DNA of 64,000 bases from Antechinus flavipes. Taxonomy: Eukaryota. The translations under genes were made by a program, and so were the position numbers. How positions within the stretch are numbered: position 1 is the stretch's first letter; every line of letters starts with the position of its first letter. The notes beneath the pieces were generated by a model, which made no database searches, was not told where the DNA came from, and was given only the letters and a program-made list of their open reading frames with translations. Shown here piece by piece: positions 35,055-48,914 of the stretch. The stretch spans positions 129,766,001 through 129,830,000 of the forward strand of contig NC_067401.1 of the NCBI RefSeq assembly GCF_016432865.1. Direction: 5' to 3'.

Positions 35055-35990
35055 ATATGCAAGCCATTACCCAACTGATAAATGGTCAAAGGATATGAAC
35101 AGACAATTTTCAGACAAAGAAATTAAAGCCATTTCTAGTCATATAAAACTGTTAAATCATTATTGATTAGAGAAATACAAATTAAGATAACTCTGAGGTA
35201 CTAATACCAGGAAAAGGAAATGATGAATGTTGGCGGGGATGTGGGAAAACTGGGACACTAATGCATTGTTGGTGGAATTGTGAACAGCTCTAACAATTCT
35301 GGAGAGCAATTTGGAACTATGCTCAAAGGGCTATACAACTGTGTATATTCTTTAATACAAGCAATGTTTCTACTGAGTTTATATCCCAAAGAGATTGTAA
35401 AAAAGGGGAAAGGACCCACATGTGCAAAAATGTTTATAGCAATCGTTTTTGTAGTGGCAAGGAATTGGAAACAGAATATACCTTTCATTTGGGGAATGGA
35501 TGAATAAATTATGGTATATGAATGTAATAGAAAATTATTGTTCTATTCAGAAAATCCTGGAAAGATATAAACTGATATTTAGTGATGTGAGTAGAACCAA
35601 GAGAGCATTGTACATACAATAATAAGATTATGTACTGATCAACTGTGATAGACTTGGCTCTTTTCAACAATTAAGTGATTCAAGGAAATTCCAATAGATT
35701 TATGATGGAAAGAGCCATCTGAATATAGAGAGAGGAATATGGAGACTGAATGTGGATCACAGCATAATATTTTCACTTTTTGCTGTTGTTGTTGTTCATT
35801 TGTTTGTTTCTTTTTCATTTTTCCCCTTTTGATCTGATTTTTCTTGCACAGCATGTTAAATGTGGAAATATTAGAAGAAGGGGTGAGGTGAGGAGAAGGG
35901 GATAAAAATTTGGAACAGAGGTTTTGCAAAGATGAATGTATCTTTGCATGCATTTTGAAAAATTAAAAAAAACTATTATTAAAAAGAAAA
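35055..35990 (+). mobile_element. 5'-truncated LINE-1
   Basis: aaatggtcaaaggatatgaacagacaattttcag..., gggacactaatgcattgttggtgg, terminus ggaacagaggttttgcaaagatgaatg. Confidence 0.9.
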
Positions 35991-35999
35991 CATAGGTAT

Positions 36000-36400
36000 A
36001 TGAATATAATTAAATGAATAATTTTAGAGTAAACCGGGAAGATGTTTATGAATTGATGAAGAGAAAATCGATTCAAAACTAGAAGAATGAATTATGTAGT
36101 AATACTAACATTATAGGGAAAATAACTTTGAAAAATTATTGATCCTTTGATAAATAATATGATAAAGCATGAATCCAAAAGAATGAAGATGAAACATATC
36201 CCTCATCCCTTCAAGGAGAGGTGATACACTTAATATACATAAAGAGACATATATTTTTATACATGGTTAATTTGAAAATTTGTCTTACTGGACTATGTAG
36301 ACATATATCGAGGGATTTTAAAAAATTGCTTAATGGGAGTGGGTATTTGGAGGGATAGATTGATTTTTAAAATATATTACTTAAAAAATTTTAAACAATT
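36000..36400 (+). mobile_element. Older LINE-1 3'UTR-like fragment
   Basis: gggaagatgtttatgaattgatg..., aaataactttgaaaa, degenerate. Confidence 0.5.
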
Positions 36401-37254
36401 TAAAAAAAAGAAATGGTATTTTCAAGATTATTCTTCTCCTCTCCCTTGGGTATTAGCATCTTCATGAATAGCTTGAGACTCTATCTATCAGAATTTAAGA
36501 TCTCAAATCCCAGCCTCAATGCTTTGCCTCTTCCACTAATCCCTTTAAATTCATGTCTTGGGTCTTGAATAATGCCCTTTTTACATGTTTTACTGATGGC
36601 TCTGTCTACCATGAGAGAAATATATACAAATGAACTTCAGCAACCATTAATGAATAATGGGGGATACCCTAAAGGATGGGATTGAAAGGAATGGTCCTGG
36701 CAAGTCCTTCCAATGTACTTGAACTATGAGCTCATAGATGGCATGTGAGAGAGCCCTAAGGGATGGCATAGATAAGATTTTCATTTATATTGATTTCTAG
36801 GTAATGACCATGGGTCTGGATGAGCAGTCTGGGTCCTGAGGGGGGAAAAAAAACACAAGGCTGTTTGTAGTCAGGATAAATGGAGGAATTTCAATACTAT
36901 CTCTCACCACATACAGTTGCTGTGAAGATAAACTAAAGCCCCTCAAAGACATTATCTATTTTCTACTAAAATTAATAATCATGGTGATGCCTTCATGAGA
37001 ATAATAGAGATTGAGGACTGGATTTGGTTATGAGGGATGTGATGCTATGTAATGGCAAGTTCCAGATCATATGACTACAGTAACTAATATAGACTTATTC
37101 ACTGACTTCGTTAAGCAATGTTTTTGAAATACAGGTATAGTATGACCTGCCTTAGTTATACACCTTTCTCAAACTGGTAAATTAATTTTAATGACCTTTT
37201 CCCTGCATCTCAGAGTCCTAGCTTCAGGTGATGCTGATTTAGGTTTTAAACCTT

Positions 37255-37483
37255 ACTTTTACTCAGTCATTTTTAGTTGTGTCTGACTCTCTGTGATGCC
37301 ATTTGAGGTTTTCTTGGCTAAGATACTGGATTGATTTGCTATTTCCTTTTTCAATTCATTTTGTAGTTGAGGAAACTGAAGCAAACAGAAGTAAATGATT
37401 TGTGTCTAATAAGTGTCTAGTCAAATTTGAACACAGGAAAATGAGTCTTCCTGATGTCAGATTCTGTACTCTATCTACTGTGT
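37255..37483 (-). mobile_element. Mar1-type SINE
   Basis: gtgtctgactctctgtgatgccatttgaggttttcttggctaagatactgga...gaggaaactgaagc...tttgaacacagg. Confidence 0.78.
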
Positions 37484-37640
37484 NNNNNNNNNNNNNNNNN
37501 NNNNNNNNNNNNNNNNNNNNNNNNNNNNNNNNNNNNNNNNNNNNNNNNNNNNNNNNNNNNNNNNNNNNNNNNNNNNNNNNNNNNNNNNNNNNNNNNNNNN
37601 NNNNNNNNNNNNNNNNNNNNNNNNNNNNNNNNNNNNNNNN
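37484..37640. other. Assembly gap (N run)
   Basis: N characters between a SINE and a TA/TG repeat. Confidence 1.
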
Positions 37641-37699
37641 TTATATGTGTGTGTATACATGTGGTGTATGCATCATATGTATATCATGTATTTTTGTAT

Positions 37700-38535
37700 T
37701 TATCTATATCAGTATCTATATAAAATGTATGTATATGTGTGTGTGTAGAGAAGATAGACTTATTCTACATTTGAAATCTGTCATATTTCTGTCATGTTTT
37801 ATCATGGGTCTTCTGGAATGATGAATGATTGTTGTATAAATCATAGTTCTTACATTTTTCAAAGTTTTTGTTTCTGCATTGGTTTTGCTATGATACAAAT
37901 TGCCCTGATTAGGCTCATTTTATTCTTCATTAGTTTATAAAGTCTTCAAAATTGCCCAATTTTATAGTATTGATATTAGAGTATAAATAGCTTTCTTGGC
38001 TTTGCTCATTTTCTTCTGCATCAGTTCATAGAAGACTTTCCATATCTTCTTGGAATCATTTATTTTCCTTTCTTATATCATGATAGTAGTGCATTACATT
38101 CATGTACTACAATTTAGCCAGTTGTTGAACATAATCTTCATTTCCTTTTTTCACCACCTGAAGAAAGAGTTGCTATTCATATTTTTGCAACCAAAAAAAA
38201 AAAAAAAACCTTTTTTCTTCCCTTTGTCTCTTTTGGGTACAGACCTAGCAATATTATAGTTGGGTCAATAGGTGTTGTGCTGACTTTGTATATGCTTCCA
38301 ACTTGCTTTCAGAAATAGTTGTACCTCTTCAAAGATCCACCAATAGTATACTAATGTGCCTGTTTTCCCATAGCCCCCATAAGATTTATCACTTTCCTTT
38401 TTTATCATCTTTGCTACTCTGCTTGATATGAGATAGAATCTCATGAATGTTCTAATTTTAATTTCTTTAATTACTAGTGATTTGGAGCATTTTTCATTTA
38501 TCAATTGGAAAATGATAATTTGCTTTTTTAATGAC
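37700..38535 (-). mobile_element. Diverged LINE-1 3' fragment
   Basis: ctgcatcagttcatagaagactttcc..., agtgatttggagcatttttcatt (reverse complement of the L1 ORF2 end). Confidence 0.7.
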
Positions 38536-38599
38536 ATATGGGCACGGTGAAAGTGTTTTTACCTAATTATGGGAAAGGAGAATTCAAAAAAAGGAGATC

Positions 38600-38978
38600 C
38601 TTCAAAGCTTTTGAAATGTGGGTTGCCACTCCATATGGGGGTCACATAACTGAATGTGAGCACCACAAATTATGCTTGTTATCAGTAAGTTTTAAAAATA
38701 TTTTATATTTTGATATGTTTAATATTATTTATTATTTTTATGTTATCATTTATCATTTAATATTTAATAATTTGATTTTTAATTAAATGAAATTTAATTA
38801 AACAATTTAATTTGATATTTAATAATATTATTATTTATTTTATTTAATGTTTTAATATTTTATATATTTTAATTTTTTATACTTTTGTACTTATTTTATA
38901 TACTTATATACCTGGAATTATGTATAAATTTCTCTGGCAAAAAGGGATCACAAGTGGAAAAAGTTTAAGAAGAATTGC
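38600..38978. mobile_element. Putative hAT/Charlie-type MITE with AT-rich interior
   Basis: tgtgggttgccactccatatgggggtcacataactgaatg...gggatcacaagtggaaaaagtttaagaag. Confidence 0.45.
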
Positions 38979-39589
38979 TTTAGCAAATCTGGTGGTTATC
39001 CTGAGTATTCAGATGAAGGTAAAGGGAACAATCCTTTAATAGAGGACTCTAAAGGAGGAAAATTGATATTATCCCCTAATCATCCAATAGAGAGGGATGG
39101 AGGAAGAGGCTTTGAGTGGTGACCCAAGAATTACTTAGTGGGAGATTATATGGCATAAGTTTCTGCACCAACTTAGGCCCTTGGACAAACTGCAATTAAG
39201 AATCTAATGTCCTCTTAGCTATCTCACTATAGATGCTCCTGATCCATGATGGGATTTTGAGATGTCACAACTGCTACTATGGCCCTGATATTCCTACTGC
39301 TATTTCTGTTCATTGCTGCCACTTTATACCAGATCCTTTATGATTGTACTTTTTAAAGAAGTTATGGTAAATTATTTTGTTTTTATATTTTTGTTATCTA
39401 AATTAAGCTTCTTCTTTAATGGGGCCTCTGGTGGGCTTTTTCCTGAAGCCAGAACTATTTTGGTGGAAAATCTATTGGAGGATTGGAAAAGGCTTAGATT
39501 TCTTTACACAGACTTTAATTGTTTTCTTTTAAGGATGCAAGGAAGCTGCCCTTGGAACTTGGGCAATCCAAAGGAGTATTATTATTGTT

Positions 39590-39790
39590 ATTGTTATCGA
39601 GTCACTTCAATCATGACGGACTCTTCATAACCATTTTTTGGCAAAAATTATTGGAGTGGTTTGCCATTTTCTTCTCTAGTACATTTTATAGATGATGAAC
39701 TAAGGCAAACAGGGTTAAATGACTTGCCTAGTATCACAAAATTTATAGGTTTCTGAGAATGGATTTGAACTCATGAAGATGAGTCCAGAG
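39590..39790 (-). mobile_element. Mar1-type SINE
   Basis: ttcaatcatgacggactcttcataacc...ttggagtggtttgccattttc...ggttaaatgacttgcc...atttgaactc. Confidence 0.75.
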
Positions 39791-41829
39791 GAGTAGGACT
39801 TTTTTTAAATCCCCATTATTTTTTTTAGGTCAGAGGAATAGGAATTTTTAAAAGTCCTGAAATTGAACAGAGTTCCCATTGCCTATCAGGGATAGCTTTC
39901 TGACCCAATGTCAAGGATGATAGTGTTTTATCTGAAGTAGCTAAAAGTTGTATCCTTTTAGATTTTATTTAAAAATTGTTGTTATTACATTTTATGGTGT
40001 ACAAATAATTTGTTGTATTCCTGGACACAGGAAAATTGATCAAATCCAGTCACAGATCCTTTGTTTACTTTAGGTTCCTCATCTGTAAAATTAAGACAAT
40101 AATACCACTTATCTTCCAGAACTGTTTTGAGGACCAAATGAAATAATAGTAAAGCTCTTATTACAGTGCTTGGTACACAGTAAGTGCTACATAAATGTTA
40201 TTTATTTTTATGTCATTCCCAAACCTGAAGTATTGGATTGGCCTCAGGCCTGGTACAGAATATAATATTATAATAGATATTTCCTTCATTCCTGAATATT
40301 TGCTTCTTTCTCCCCTACCCAGTACATGAATTATTCCTTCTAACAAAGAATAAAAAAAAAAAAAAAAGAAATTTGCTCAGCAAAACTAACCAACACATCT
40401 AGCCAATCTAAGATGCAATGTTACATATCCATATGGCCTGCAGTGGAATTTCTGGTTTACAAGGTATGGATATTTTATTCACTTTTTAAAAGCATCATTT
40501 TAAAATTACTTTCCATAATTGTTAGACTAATCGCAGCATCATTGCTTTTTTAACTAAATGGGTAACTCCAGAAAGTTGAAAGGATTTTTGCTTAAGAAGG
40601 TGCCATATAGAAATTCAGTAGTTTATGGAGCCTCAGAGGCCTCTGATAATTCTCTGTAAATTTCCTTTCATGTCCTTGCCCGAGGGGAAGCCTTTGCAAC
40701 TTCCAGATGCTCAGGACTGGAAGGGGTTGCTTGGATGATAGTTAGGACAATGGCTTGACACCATTTATAGATTCCCTAGATTTCTAACTCTGGTATAGCA
40801 AATCCATCATATAACCCAGATGTCAGGAAACTCTTTCTGAAGAAAATAGGTGATAGACCTGAAGTATTAGCCCAACCCACCAACGGGACCTCCTCATCAG
40901 ATGAAGAAGCAATTCATTTGGATTTTGACAGTTAAAGTTCAGGGCTATTAATAAGTACAATCTGGTTCTCTGCATTCCCAGGTGTGAGCCTTCCCCCTCC
41001 AGTCCTGAAAGATCAGATTGCCCCTGTAGAGAGTCACACAGCAACGTACAAGGAAATTAAATGATTATTTATCATGAATATCAAAAAAGAACTATTTAAA
41101 AAGTTGGCCTTTAAAAATGTCTCCCAAATTCACAAATATTTATATAGGTCTTCCTGTCTTTTATTTTCTTCTAGTCTAGGAATTTGATTCAATTCAGCTC
41201 AATAAAATTAAGTTTAAATAATCCATTGCTTATTTTGTGCAAGGTATTGTGTCAGATCCTGGAGATACAAAGTCAAAGAAATATCCCAGACCTCAAGAAG
41301 ATTGCATTTTAGGGAGGAAACATAGGCAAATGAAAAATATATAGAGAATAATGATATAATAATGTAAGGGCAAGTCACTGTTGATTATTGGAGGAATCAA
41401 GATAGACCTGGTTATAGGTGTGAAACCTGAATTATTTCTTGAAGTAAGCTACAGTCAGAGGTAAGGAAGAGTCTAAAAATGTGGGACACAGTAAGCCATA
41501 AACATGGAGGTGTTCGATTAGAATTTCTTCCAAGAGCAGACCATCATCATTTAAGGTCTGGAAGCTAATAAATGGAGTAATTTCCTGAGTAATCAGCATC
41601 TATATTAAAAAGTCTGAGCCAGGAGCCTTCTGGGTAATTGGAATTCTATTTTATCCAATCCATCTTGTCAAACTGGAAGTATAAAATGGGTGTATGGCCA
41701 GACCTAATCCTCATTTCCAATGTGCTTTCATTGACCACTTCCTTGGGGAGCTGGTTCTGTACATGAAAAAAGCAATAAGGCATAAAGTACTGGTCCTGGG
41801 GTCAGAATTCAATTGAACAAACATTTATT

Positions 41830-42100
41830 ATTGAGGTAGCTGGTGATGCAGTGGATAGAGGGTTAGATCTGGAGCCAGAAAGATTTGAATTCAAATCCTA
41901 CCTCAGATACTTCTTAGTTGTATACCCTGAGCAAGCTTCCACCTTTATCCACCTCACTTTCCTCAACTATAAAATGAGGATAATAAAAACACTTACCTCC
42001 CAGGATTGTTGTAAGGATAAAATTAAATAATGTTTGTAATACACTTAGCATAGTGCCTGTGTATATAGTAGGCACTATATAAATGTTTATTCTATTCCAT
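41830..42100 (+). mobile_element. MIR-type SINE inserted in an L2 tail
   Basis: gtagctggtgatgcagtggatagag...ttcaaatcctacctcagatac...acttacctcccaggattgttgtaaggataaa; L2 tail caaacatttatta resumes at ~42100. Confidence 0.75.
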
Positions 42101-42384
42101 TATTAGAGTATCTATGATATACAAGTTACTGTGCTAGGTAGATGGTAAGAGATGTTAAGAAACAAAAACAAAGTTACCCTTGCCCTCAAGAAGCTTTTAT
42201 TTTATCAAGGTAAGTAATATAACAACAACAACTAACATTTCTGTTAAATGTAACAATCACAACTCCTGCTGGGTCTAAGGGCATAGGGTAACACCTCTCA
42301 TTCTCCACTAAGGGGACCTTTTCATTGGATCATATATAGAATGACCAAATTATATGCTGGAGGATAATGGCCTCTTTTTTTGCT

Positions 42385-42586
42385 GTTTTTTTATTACAGC
42401 TTTTTATTTTCAAAACAAATGCATGGATAATTTTTCAAAATTAACCCTCGCAAAATCTTGTGTTCCAATTTCCCCCCTTTCTCCTATGCCTTCCCCTAGA
42501 TAGCAAGTAACCCAATATATGGGTAATTATGGTAAAATTATATGCTAAGTCCAATATATCCACACATGTTAATACAATTATCTTAT
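42385..42586 (-). mobile_element. Short LINE-1 3' tail
   Basis: gctttttattttcaaaacaaatgcatggataatttttc...cttgtgttccaattt; degenerate TSD gcctctttt...g(c/t)tgtt. Confidence 0.8.
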
Positions 42587-42595
42587 AGCCTCTTT

Positions 42596-42830
42596 TGTTG
42601 TTAAGTTATTTCAGTCTTTCTAACTCTTCATGACCCCATTTGGGATTTTCCTGAGAAAGATATTGGAATGGTTGGCCTTATTTTACAATTAAGGAAACTG
42701 AGGTAAACAGGATTAAATAACTTTCCCAGAATCACTAAGCTAGTAAATATCTGATGCTGGATTTGAACTCAATTTTCCTGATTCCAGACGTGAAGTTTTA
42801 TCCACTGCACCATCTAGTTGCCCCCAGTGT
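42596..42830 (-). mobile_element. Mar1-type SINE
   Basis: ctcttcatgaccccatttgggattttcctgagaaagatattgg...aggaaactgaggtaaacagg...tatccactgcaccatctagttgccc. Confidence 0.78.
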
Positions 42831-42929
42831 CACCTAGCTGACCTCTCTACTGAGACAAACTAAGATTTTTTCCCTTATATTTCTTGGTTCCTTCTTATAT
42901 AAACCTTATTATTTGACTTGTGTTTAAGG

Positions 42930-43159
42930 TAGCAATTCTCAAAATGTGGTCTGCAGATGCTTGAGGGGAGTTGCCAAGACCTTTTAGAGAGTCTTTTTAG
43001 CTCAAAACTACTTTAATAACAATATGAAGATGTTTTAATTTCTAATTATAGTAAATATTGATAGACATAAGCCAGAAATGAAAGATCTTTGGAAGAGTGG
43101 TTCTCAATAATTTTTAGAGTCTAAAAGATGCCTAAGACTAAAAACATGTGAGAGCCTGG
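42930..43159. mobile_element. Putative Charlie-type MITE
   Basis: agcaattctcaaaatgtggtctgcag...ctcaaaactactttaataacaatatgaagatgtt...tgtgagagcctgg. Confidence 0.5.
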
Positions 43160-43769
43160 GGTTATGGGTCCCCCCAAAACTGTTGGTGGGGAGACATAGA
43201 TAGATACTCAGCATATACACTAGATGAGAAATAATATAGAAATGCCCCAAACACAAAAGTCTCACAAATGTGTACTCACAGAAAACCTTAAGAAGGCTTA
43301 AAAATGATATAACTAGTATTATATTCTTCTAGGAGGCTGCTATTTAAACATATAGACATGATAGTTTACATGACTGCTCAGCCAGCACTGAAATGTGCTT
43401 TTGCTGTGCAGTGTGCAAATGCTTTCTTTGTCTTCTGGCAAGATCCAAGTCATCCGGCAATTAGAGAGAGTGACTTCTCATGTTGGTGGCCATCTTTTCT
43501 TATCCAGAAACTCCCTGTACCCTGTATTCTCAGTTCTCATCAAGATACCCAAAAGCAGTGCGGTACAAAGAGAAATCTTGCTTCTGATGGACTTCAGTTT
43601 CCTCATCTATAAAATAAGGGAATTAGGACTAGGTGACCTTTGAAGCCCCTTCCAATCCCAGATCTAGGATTTAAGATCTCGGGACATCTTCAACTCAAAA
43701 TTGTTTCCAAGACAGGTATGTTCATCTCAGGATTGCCATTTGGTCACCTATATTCAGTAAAGTTCTGAT

Positions 43770-45400
43770 TATACAAATAATTCCTGTTAAACAAGTATAT
43801 ATACAAATAAATACAAAAAAAGTCTTTGGAGAGAGGCCATTAGTAGCCAGAGGATCAATAAAGGTTTCATGTAGGAAATGGAGCTTGAGCTGCACTTCAA
43901 AGGAAATGTGAATCTTTGAGGCATAAAGGAGGAGTTACATATTGCAGACATTGGGAATAGCAAGCAAGACCATTTCATCTGGACCATAGAGTGTGGGAAG
44001 AGGAAGTAATAGATAATAAGGCTAAAAAGGTAGGTTAGGGTCAGATTGAAAGAGGCTTTAAAAACTAAACAGGAATTTACATTTTATTCTAAAGGATGTA
44101 GGTACACGTTGGAACTTTAAAAATACTTTAGTCAAAACAGCATGTAAGAAAAATCACTTAAAGGAGCAGCTAAATGGAAAAGTGGATAGAGCACTGGTCC
44201 TGAAATCAGGAGTATCTGAGTTCAAATCTGAATTCAGACACTTAATATTTCTTACCTATGTGACTCTAGACAAGTCACTTAACTCCAAATGCCTCTCCCC
44301 AAAAAAACCTAGCAAGAAGAATCACTTAAAGAGTTATTTGTAGGACAGATTATAATAGGGATAAATTTGAGTCAGGAAGGCTAATTAAGAGGCATTTGCA
44401 ATTGTCCTTGTGAGAAGTGAAAAATCCAGAGTTAAGGTAATGGCTATTTATAAGAAGAAGAAAGATGTGAGAGATGTTGTGGTGGTAAAAATCATGGGAT
44501 TTTATAACTGATTGGATATATGAAGCTAAGGATAATGCCGAACTTGCAAACCTAGCAAAAGAACAGAGTTTCCCTCAAAATAGGGAAGTTTAAAAGAAAA
44601 TTGGGTCTTGGGGAAAGATAATGAGTTATGGTTTTGACATGCTGAGTTTGGGATATTTCTGGGACATCCAGTTTGACATATCCAATTGGCAGATGGTAAC
44701 TCATCATGAGAGAGACTAGGAATGGATAAATAGATTTGAAAGTCATTTGCATAGAGATGATAATTAAGCCTGGGGAATTCATCAACTGTGACAGTGTAAG
44801 AAGATGGTCCAGGATAGAACCTTGAGGTATAACTTCAATAGGAGATGTAATATAAATGATGATCCAGCAGAAGATACTGAAGAGAAGTTGTCACCAAGAT
44901 AGGAGGCAACTCAAGGGAGGAGTCTATACGAACCTCTTAGAAGAAAAACTATAAAGGAGGAGAGGATGATTAAATGTCAGATGCTGCAGAGAGGTCAAGA
45001 AGGTTGAGGACTGGGAAAAGACCATCAGGTTCACAATTAAAATATCATTGGTAACTTTGGAGAGGGAAATTTCAGTTGAGTAGTACATTTAAAAGTCAGT
45101 TTAAAATGTGCTGAGAAGTGAGAGGAGAGTAAATGAAGACTGATTCTAAATTTCTTTCTTTAGGGGTTTGGTGGAGAAAGGGAGAGATTGCAGGATAAAT
45201 TTCTGAGAGGATCTTATGAAACAGTGAATGTTTTTTAGGTATGGGGATACTTGGACATGTTTGTAGGAAGCAGGAAAAGCATCAATAGATTGGGGGAGAA
45301 TGAAAATTCAAGGCAGGAAGGATTGAGAGAGAACAGGAGAGTTTGGTATCAAGGGCATGTGTAGAGGTCTTGATGTTGGCTAGGAGAAGGGCCAACTCAT
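43770..45400 (-). mobile_element. Long L2 fragment with an inserted WSINE1-type SINE
   Basis: gagcttgagctgcacttcaaagg, gtttggggatatttctgggacatccagtttgacatatccaattggcag, gtcagatgctgcagagaggtcaagaagg: typical reverse-strand L2 body. Confidence 0.8.
44164..44313 (+). mobile_element. WSINE1-type SINE with 18-bp TSD inserted in L2
   Basis: TSD aagaa(a/g)aatcacttaaag at 44146-44163 and 44314-44331. Confidence 0.85.
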
Positions 45401-45429
45401 CAGAGATAAGTATGATAATGAGACTTTAA

Positions 45430-45785
45430 AAGATATAAGGATATCTTGAAAGAAATGGGGATATTTAGCCTAGAAAGAAGGGGGAAATAAAATGATAGGA
45501 TAATTGTCTTCAAATATTTTAGAATTATCATATGGTAGAACTTAGTGGAGGGATAATAGATTCAGCAGGTCTATAAATTTCAGCTAGCTATGAAAACAAT
45601 TATCAACTTCCTAATTAATGTTGTTTCAGAAATGAGATGGGTTGCCAGAGTGAGTAGTAAGTTTCCTATTAGTAAAAGCCTTCAAGTAGTGAATGAATGA
45701 TCATTTATTTAGAATGCAGTAAAAGGATTCTTATTTAGGACCTCTGAATGATATAGATTCTGAAGTCCATTCTAATGCTGAGATA
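45430..45785 (+). mobile_element. CR1/L3 LINE 3' fragment
   Basis: gaaagaaatggggatatttagcctagaaagaag...attgtcttcaaatattt...gatgggttgcc...gaagtccattctaatgctgagat. Confidence 0.6.
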
Positions 45786-46069
45786 TTGTTGTTCAGCATT
45801 TACCAACCCATGGCCATTGTTTAAAGCAGGATTCTAAAACTTTTTCATTCCATGGACTAATTCAAGAAAGGGCTCCCCCCCTCAAACATCACCTGCTCAA
45901 TTCCCATTGACTACTGTTATTACAATTTTAAAAAATCTATTGATTCATGGATGTGATGGATGATGCAACTTTGATTGAGAAGCAACAATGGGATACATGT
46001 CCAGATTTCATGAAGTAGTATGAATTCAAACCACAAGCAAAAGAATAGATGTTGCTAATCCCCTAATCA

Positions 46070-46560
46070 ATCAATTCCAGTGGCTTTTTATTGCCTTTAG
46101 GATAAACTATAAACTCTTCTGTTTAACACAACTTGGCCTCAGCCTATTTTTTCTAGCTTCATTAAACATTATTTCCCTTCCTGTACTCTGCAATCCTGCC
46201 AAACTGGTCTTCTCTCTGTTAGTCATGACTGCATTTCTCATCTCTGTACCTTTGCTCTGGTCATCCTTCATTCCTGAAATGTATTCCTTCCTTATCTCAT
46301 GGAATACTTTTCTTCCTTTAAGAGACAGATTAAGTACCATCTCCTAAATGAAATTTTCCAGACCCCCACAGCTTCTAGTTCCCTCTTATCCAACAGATCT
46401 TGTACTTAATTACCTTGAATATATTTGTCTTTATTCCCTTTATAGTTAGGCTGTATGTAATATTATATGTATTCATCTCACCCTTTAGGATATAAGCACA
46501 TTGAAAATATGGCATCATTTTATTCTTTGAACTTCTATCATCAATACCTAGGATGTTGCT
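46070..46560 (+). mobile_element. L2 3' fragment
   Basis: ctgcaatcctgccaaactggtcttctc, tctgtacctttgctctgg, ctttaagagacagattaagtaccatctcc. Confidence 0.7.
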
Positions 46561-47394
46561 TTGCTTTTTGATTGATTGTTACATTATGGATATCAGAGGG
46601 ACAAAGGACTAGTTCAATGACCACCTAGAGGACCCTTAAGGAATACTAAGTTCTAAAGATTGAGGAATCAGTTCATCACTTCTTTATTTACTAAGCACCT
46701 TCCATGTGCAAAGCCCTGTGCTAGGTGAGGTATGGATAGATCAAGGAAGATAAATAGTGCTCCACAAAGAAGGCTGCAAAAGGGATACTTTCATGGAGGC
46801 TGGTGGTCTAGGAGAGCCCTTTCTATTAGCATAAGGGGAGAAAAACTCACAGAATAAGTTGGAGAGTGTGTTTTAGGCTATTTATGGAAAGTCATACACT
46901 ACCCATATGGGGATTTGTGAGCTTGAAGCTGATCAGGGATGGGAGGGGAAAGGGTACTGTACAACAAGAAATATAAGAAATAGTGGATTCTATTCAATGG
47001 AATCTCCCTCAAGGAATTTATGGTTGAGTTGCAGAAATGATACCTACACACCTGGAAAGTTAAATAACAATCAAGAGAATATGGTTACCACATTTGTACA
47101 AACTTGAAAATGGGCTCACAATGAGTAAGAAGCCGAAACTGTAGGCTAAAAATTGCACAAAAAAAGAAAGGACACAAAATAAACAATGGGTTGTTGTCTG
47201 TGAGAAGGAAAGGATTATTATAGACATTTCTTCACTTTCCTTCCCTTCCCTCCTTTCCTCTTATTCTTTCTATCCTTTCCTTTCTGCTATCTCCTCTTAT
47301 TCTCTCTTTTCTCCTGTCCTCTGCATTTTCTCTCTTTTCATTATCTTCTAGTATTCATTTCTCTTTTCTTTCTCTTCTTTTCTGTTCACTTTCT

Positions 47395-48360
47395 TTTAAA
47401 AAAATTTTTAAACTAAAATACAAAATAGGAAAAGAAAAAAAAATTGCCATGTGCACAGCAGAACATGAGAGGATTCAAAATATAAAACAGTAAGTTTCCA
47501 TTTCAAGAAAATCTATATAATAAATACCATACATTGTGTTTAAAGCTAGTGTTCATCTTTTCTTTGATTCCTTATAAGTTTTCTTTTGCTGTCTTCTGTT
47601 CACTTTTTTTCTTTTTCTCCCCCACAAAANNNNNNNNNNNNNNNNNNNNNNNNNNNNNNNNNNNNNNNNNNNNNNNNNNNNNNNNNNNNNNNNNNNNNNN
47701 NNNNNNNNNNNNNNNNNNNNNNNNNNNNNNNNNNNNNNNNNNNNNNNNNNNNNNNNNNTGCTCTTTCCATACTCATGTATTTTTTTTCTTCTTCTCTTCT
47801 AATTCTCCCTCTCTCTCTTGCTTCTCCCTCCCTACAACCTTATTGATCCCTCTTCCCTTCTTCCCAGCCATAAACCAACAAGTCTGGGTATACTGTAACT
47901 ACAAAAACCCGACAGCCAGAAATACTTAGAAGGAAAAACAATGGGAACTTTAAAAAGTGAAAGTCTACATAAATCAATCCTTTGGTTGTTAAATCAGACA
48001 TTGTTCTGACATGTGGTGATGAGAGAAAAAAGGTTACTTCCAGATATGCTGTGTAATGACAACAATGATCTAATTTTTTCACCATCAAAGGACTGTCAGG
48101 TAATGACATTAGCATAAAGAGGCATAAGGAAGAAAGAGAGTAGGGATGGTAGTATGAAGTCATCCCAGGCTTGTGGCCTGACTGGATTACAGATTCTACT
48201 TGTCCAAAAATAAAAATTTGTCCGATCTGGTGTCCAGACTTTGGAAGAAGTGCAGAAGCCAGAGGAGTGGTTTGGTTTATTTATAAAATGTTTGTTGCAA
48301 TGTTAATTCATTAACAAAAAGAAAATCAAAACATCATCTGGATGATCTCATTAGAATTTG
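47395..48360 (-). mobile_element. Old LINE-1-like fragment spanning a gap
   Basis: Degenerate L1-like 3' motifs (ccatgtgcacagcagaacatgagaggattc); weak similarity. Confidence 0.45.
47630..47758. other. Assembly gap (N run)
   Basis: N characters within pyrimidine-rich, L1-like sequence. Confidence 1.
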
Positions 48361-48914
48361 AAGGATAGAATATAATTTCAGAGTTAAAATAGAAAAGTTT
48401 CTTTTATGATTCAATAGATTAGTCATTTAGGATGAGGGTGATATATGGGGGGGCAGGAGGAGCAGAAAAGAAGAGTAGCTTATTCATTTGGGGGGATAGC
48501 CCTGAACAGGGACCAATGGTATCCATTTGATGGAGAAAAATGATGCACAAACCCTGACTGTATAGAGTGGTTCTTTCCTTCAGGAAACTCATAGTCTCGT
48601 TGAGGAGAAAAGGTCTATACACAGGGAGAGTTAACTAACAATAAAAGAAATTGAGCATTATAGTAGAAGACTAATTGCTTTCATTGGCTGGATGTGACTC
48701 CCTTTACTCTTGTGAATCTAAATCCATTTACATGTTTTTGAGCAGTAGGTTTCACTCCATAAATATCTTTAAATTTTTTATATCACTGTCATATTTTTAC
48801 ATCATTGCTAGCTCCAAGATCAAAAACAACAACAACATAAAACCCTCCCTAGTAACCAAGAGGTGTTTGCTAGCAAATCAAGTCAATATATCAGCTACCA
48901 CCTTGCCAAGCATG

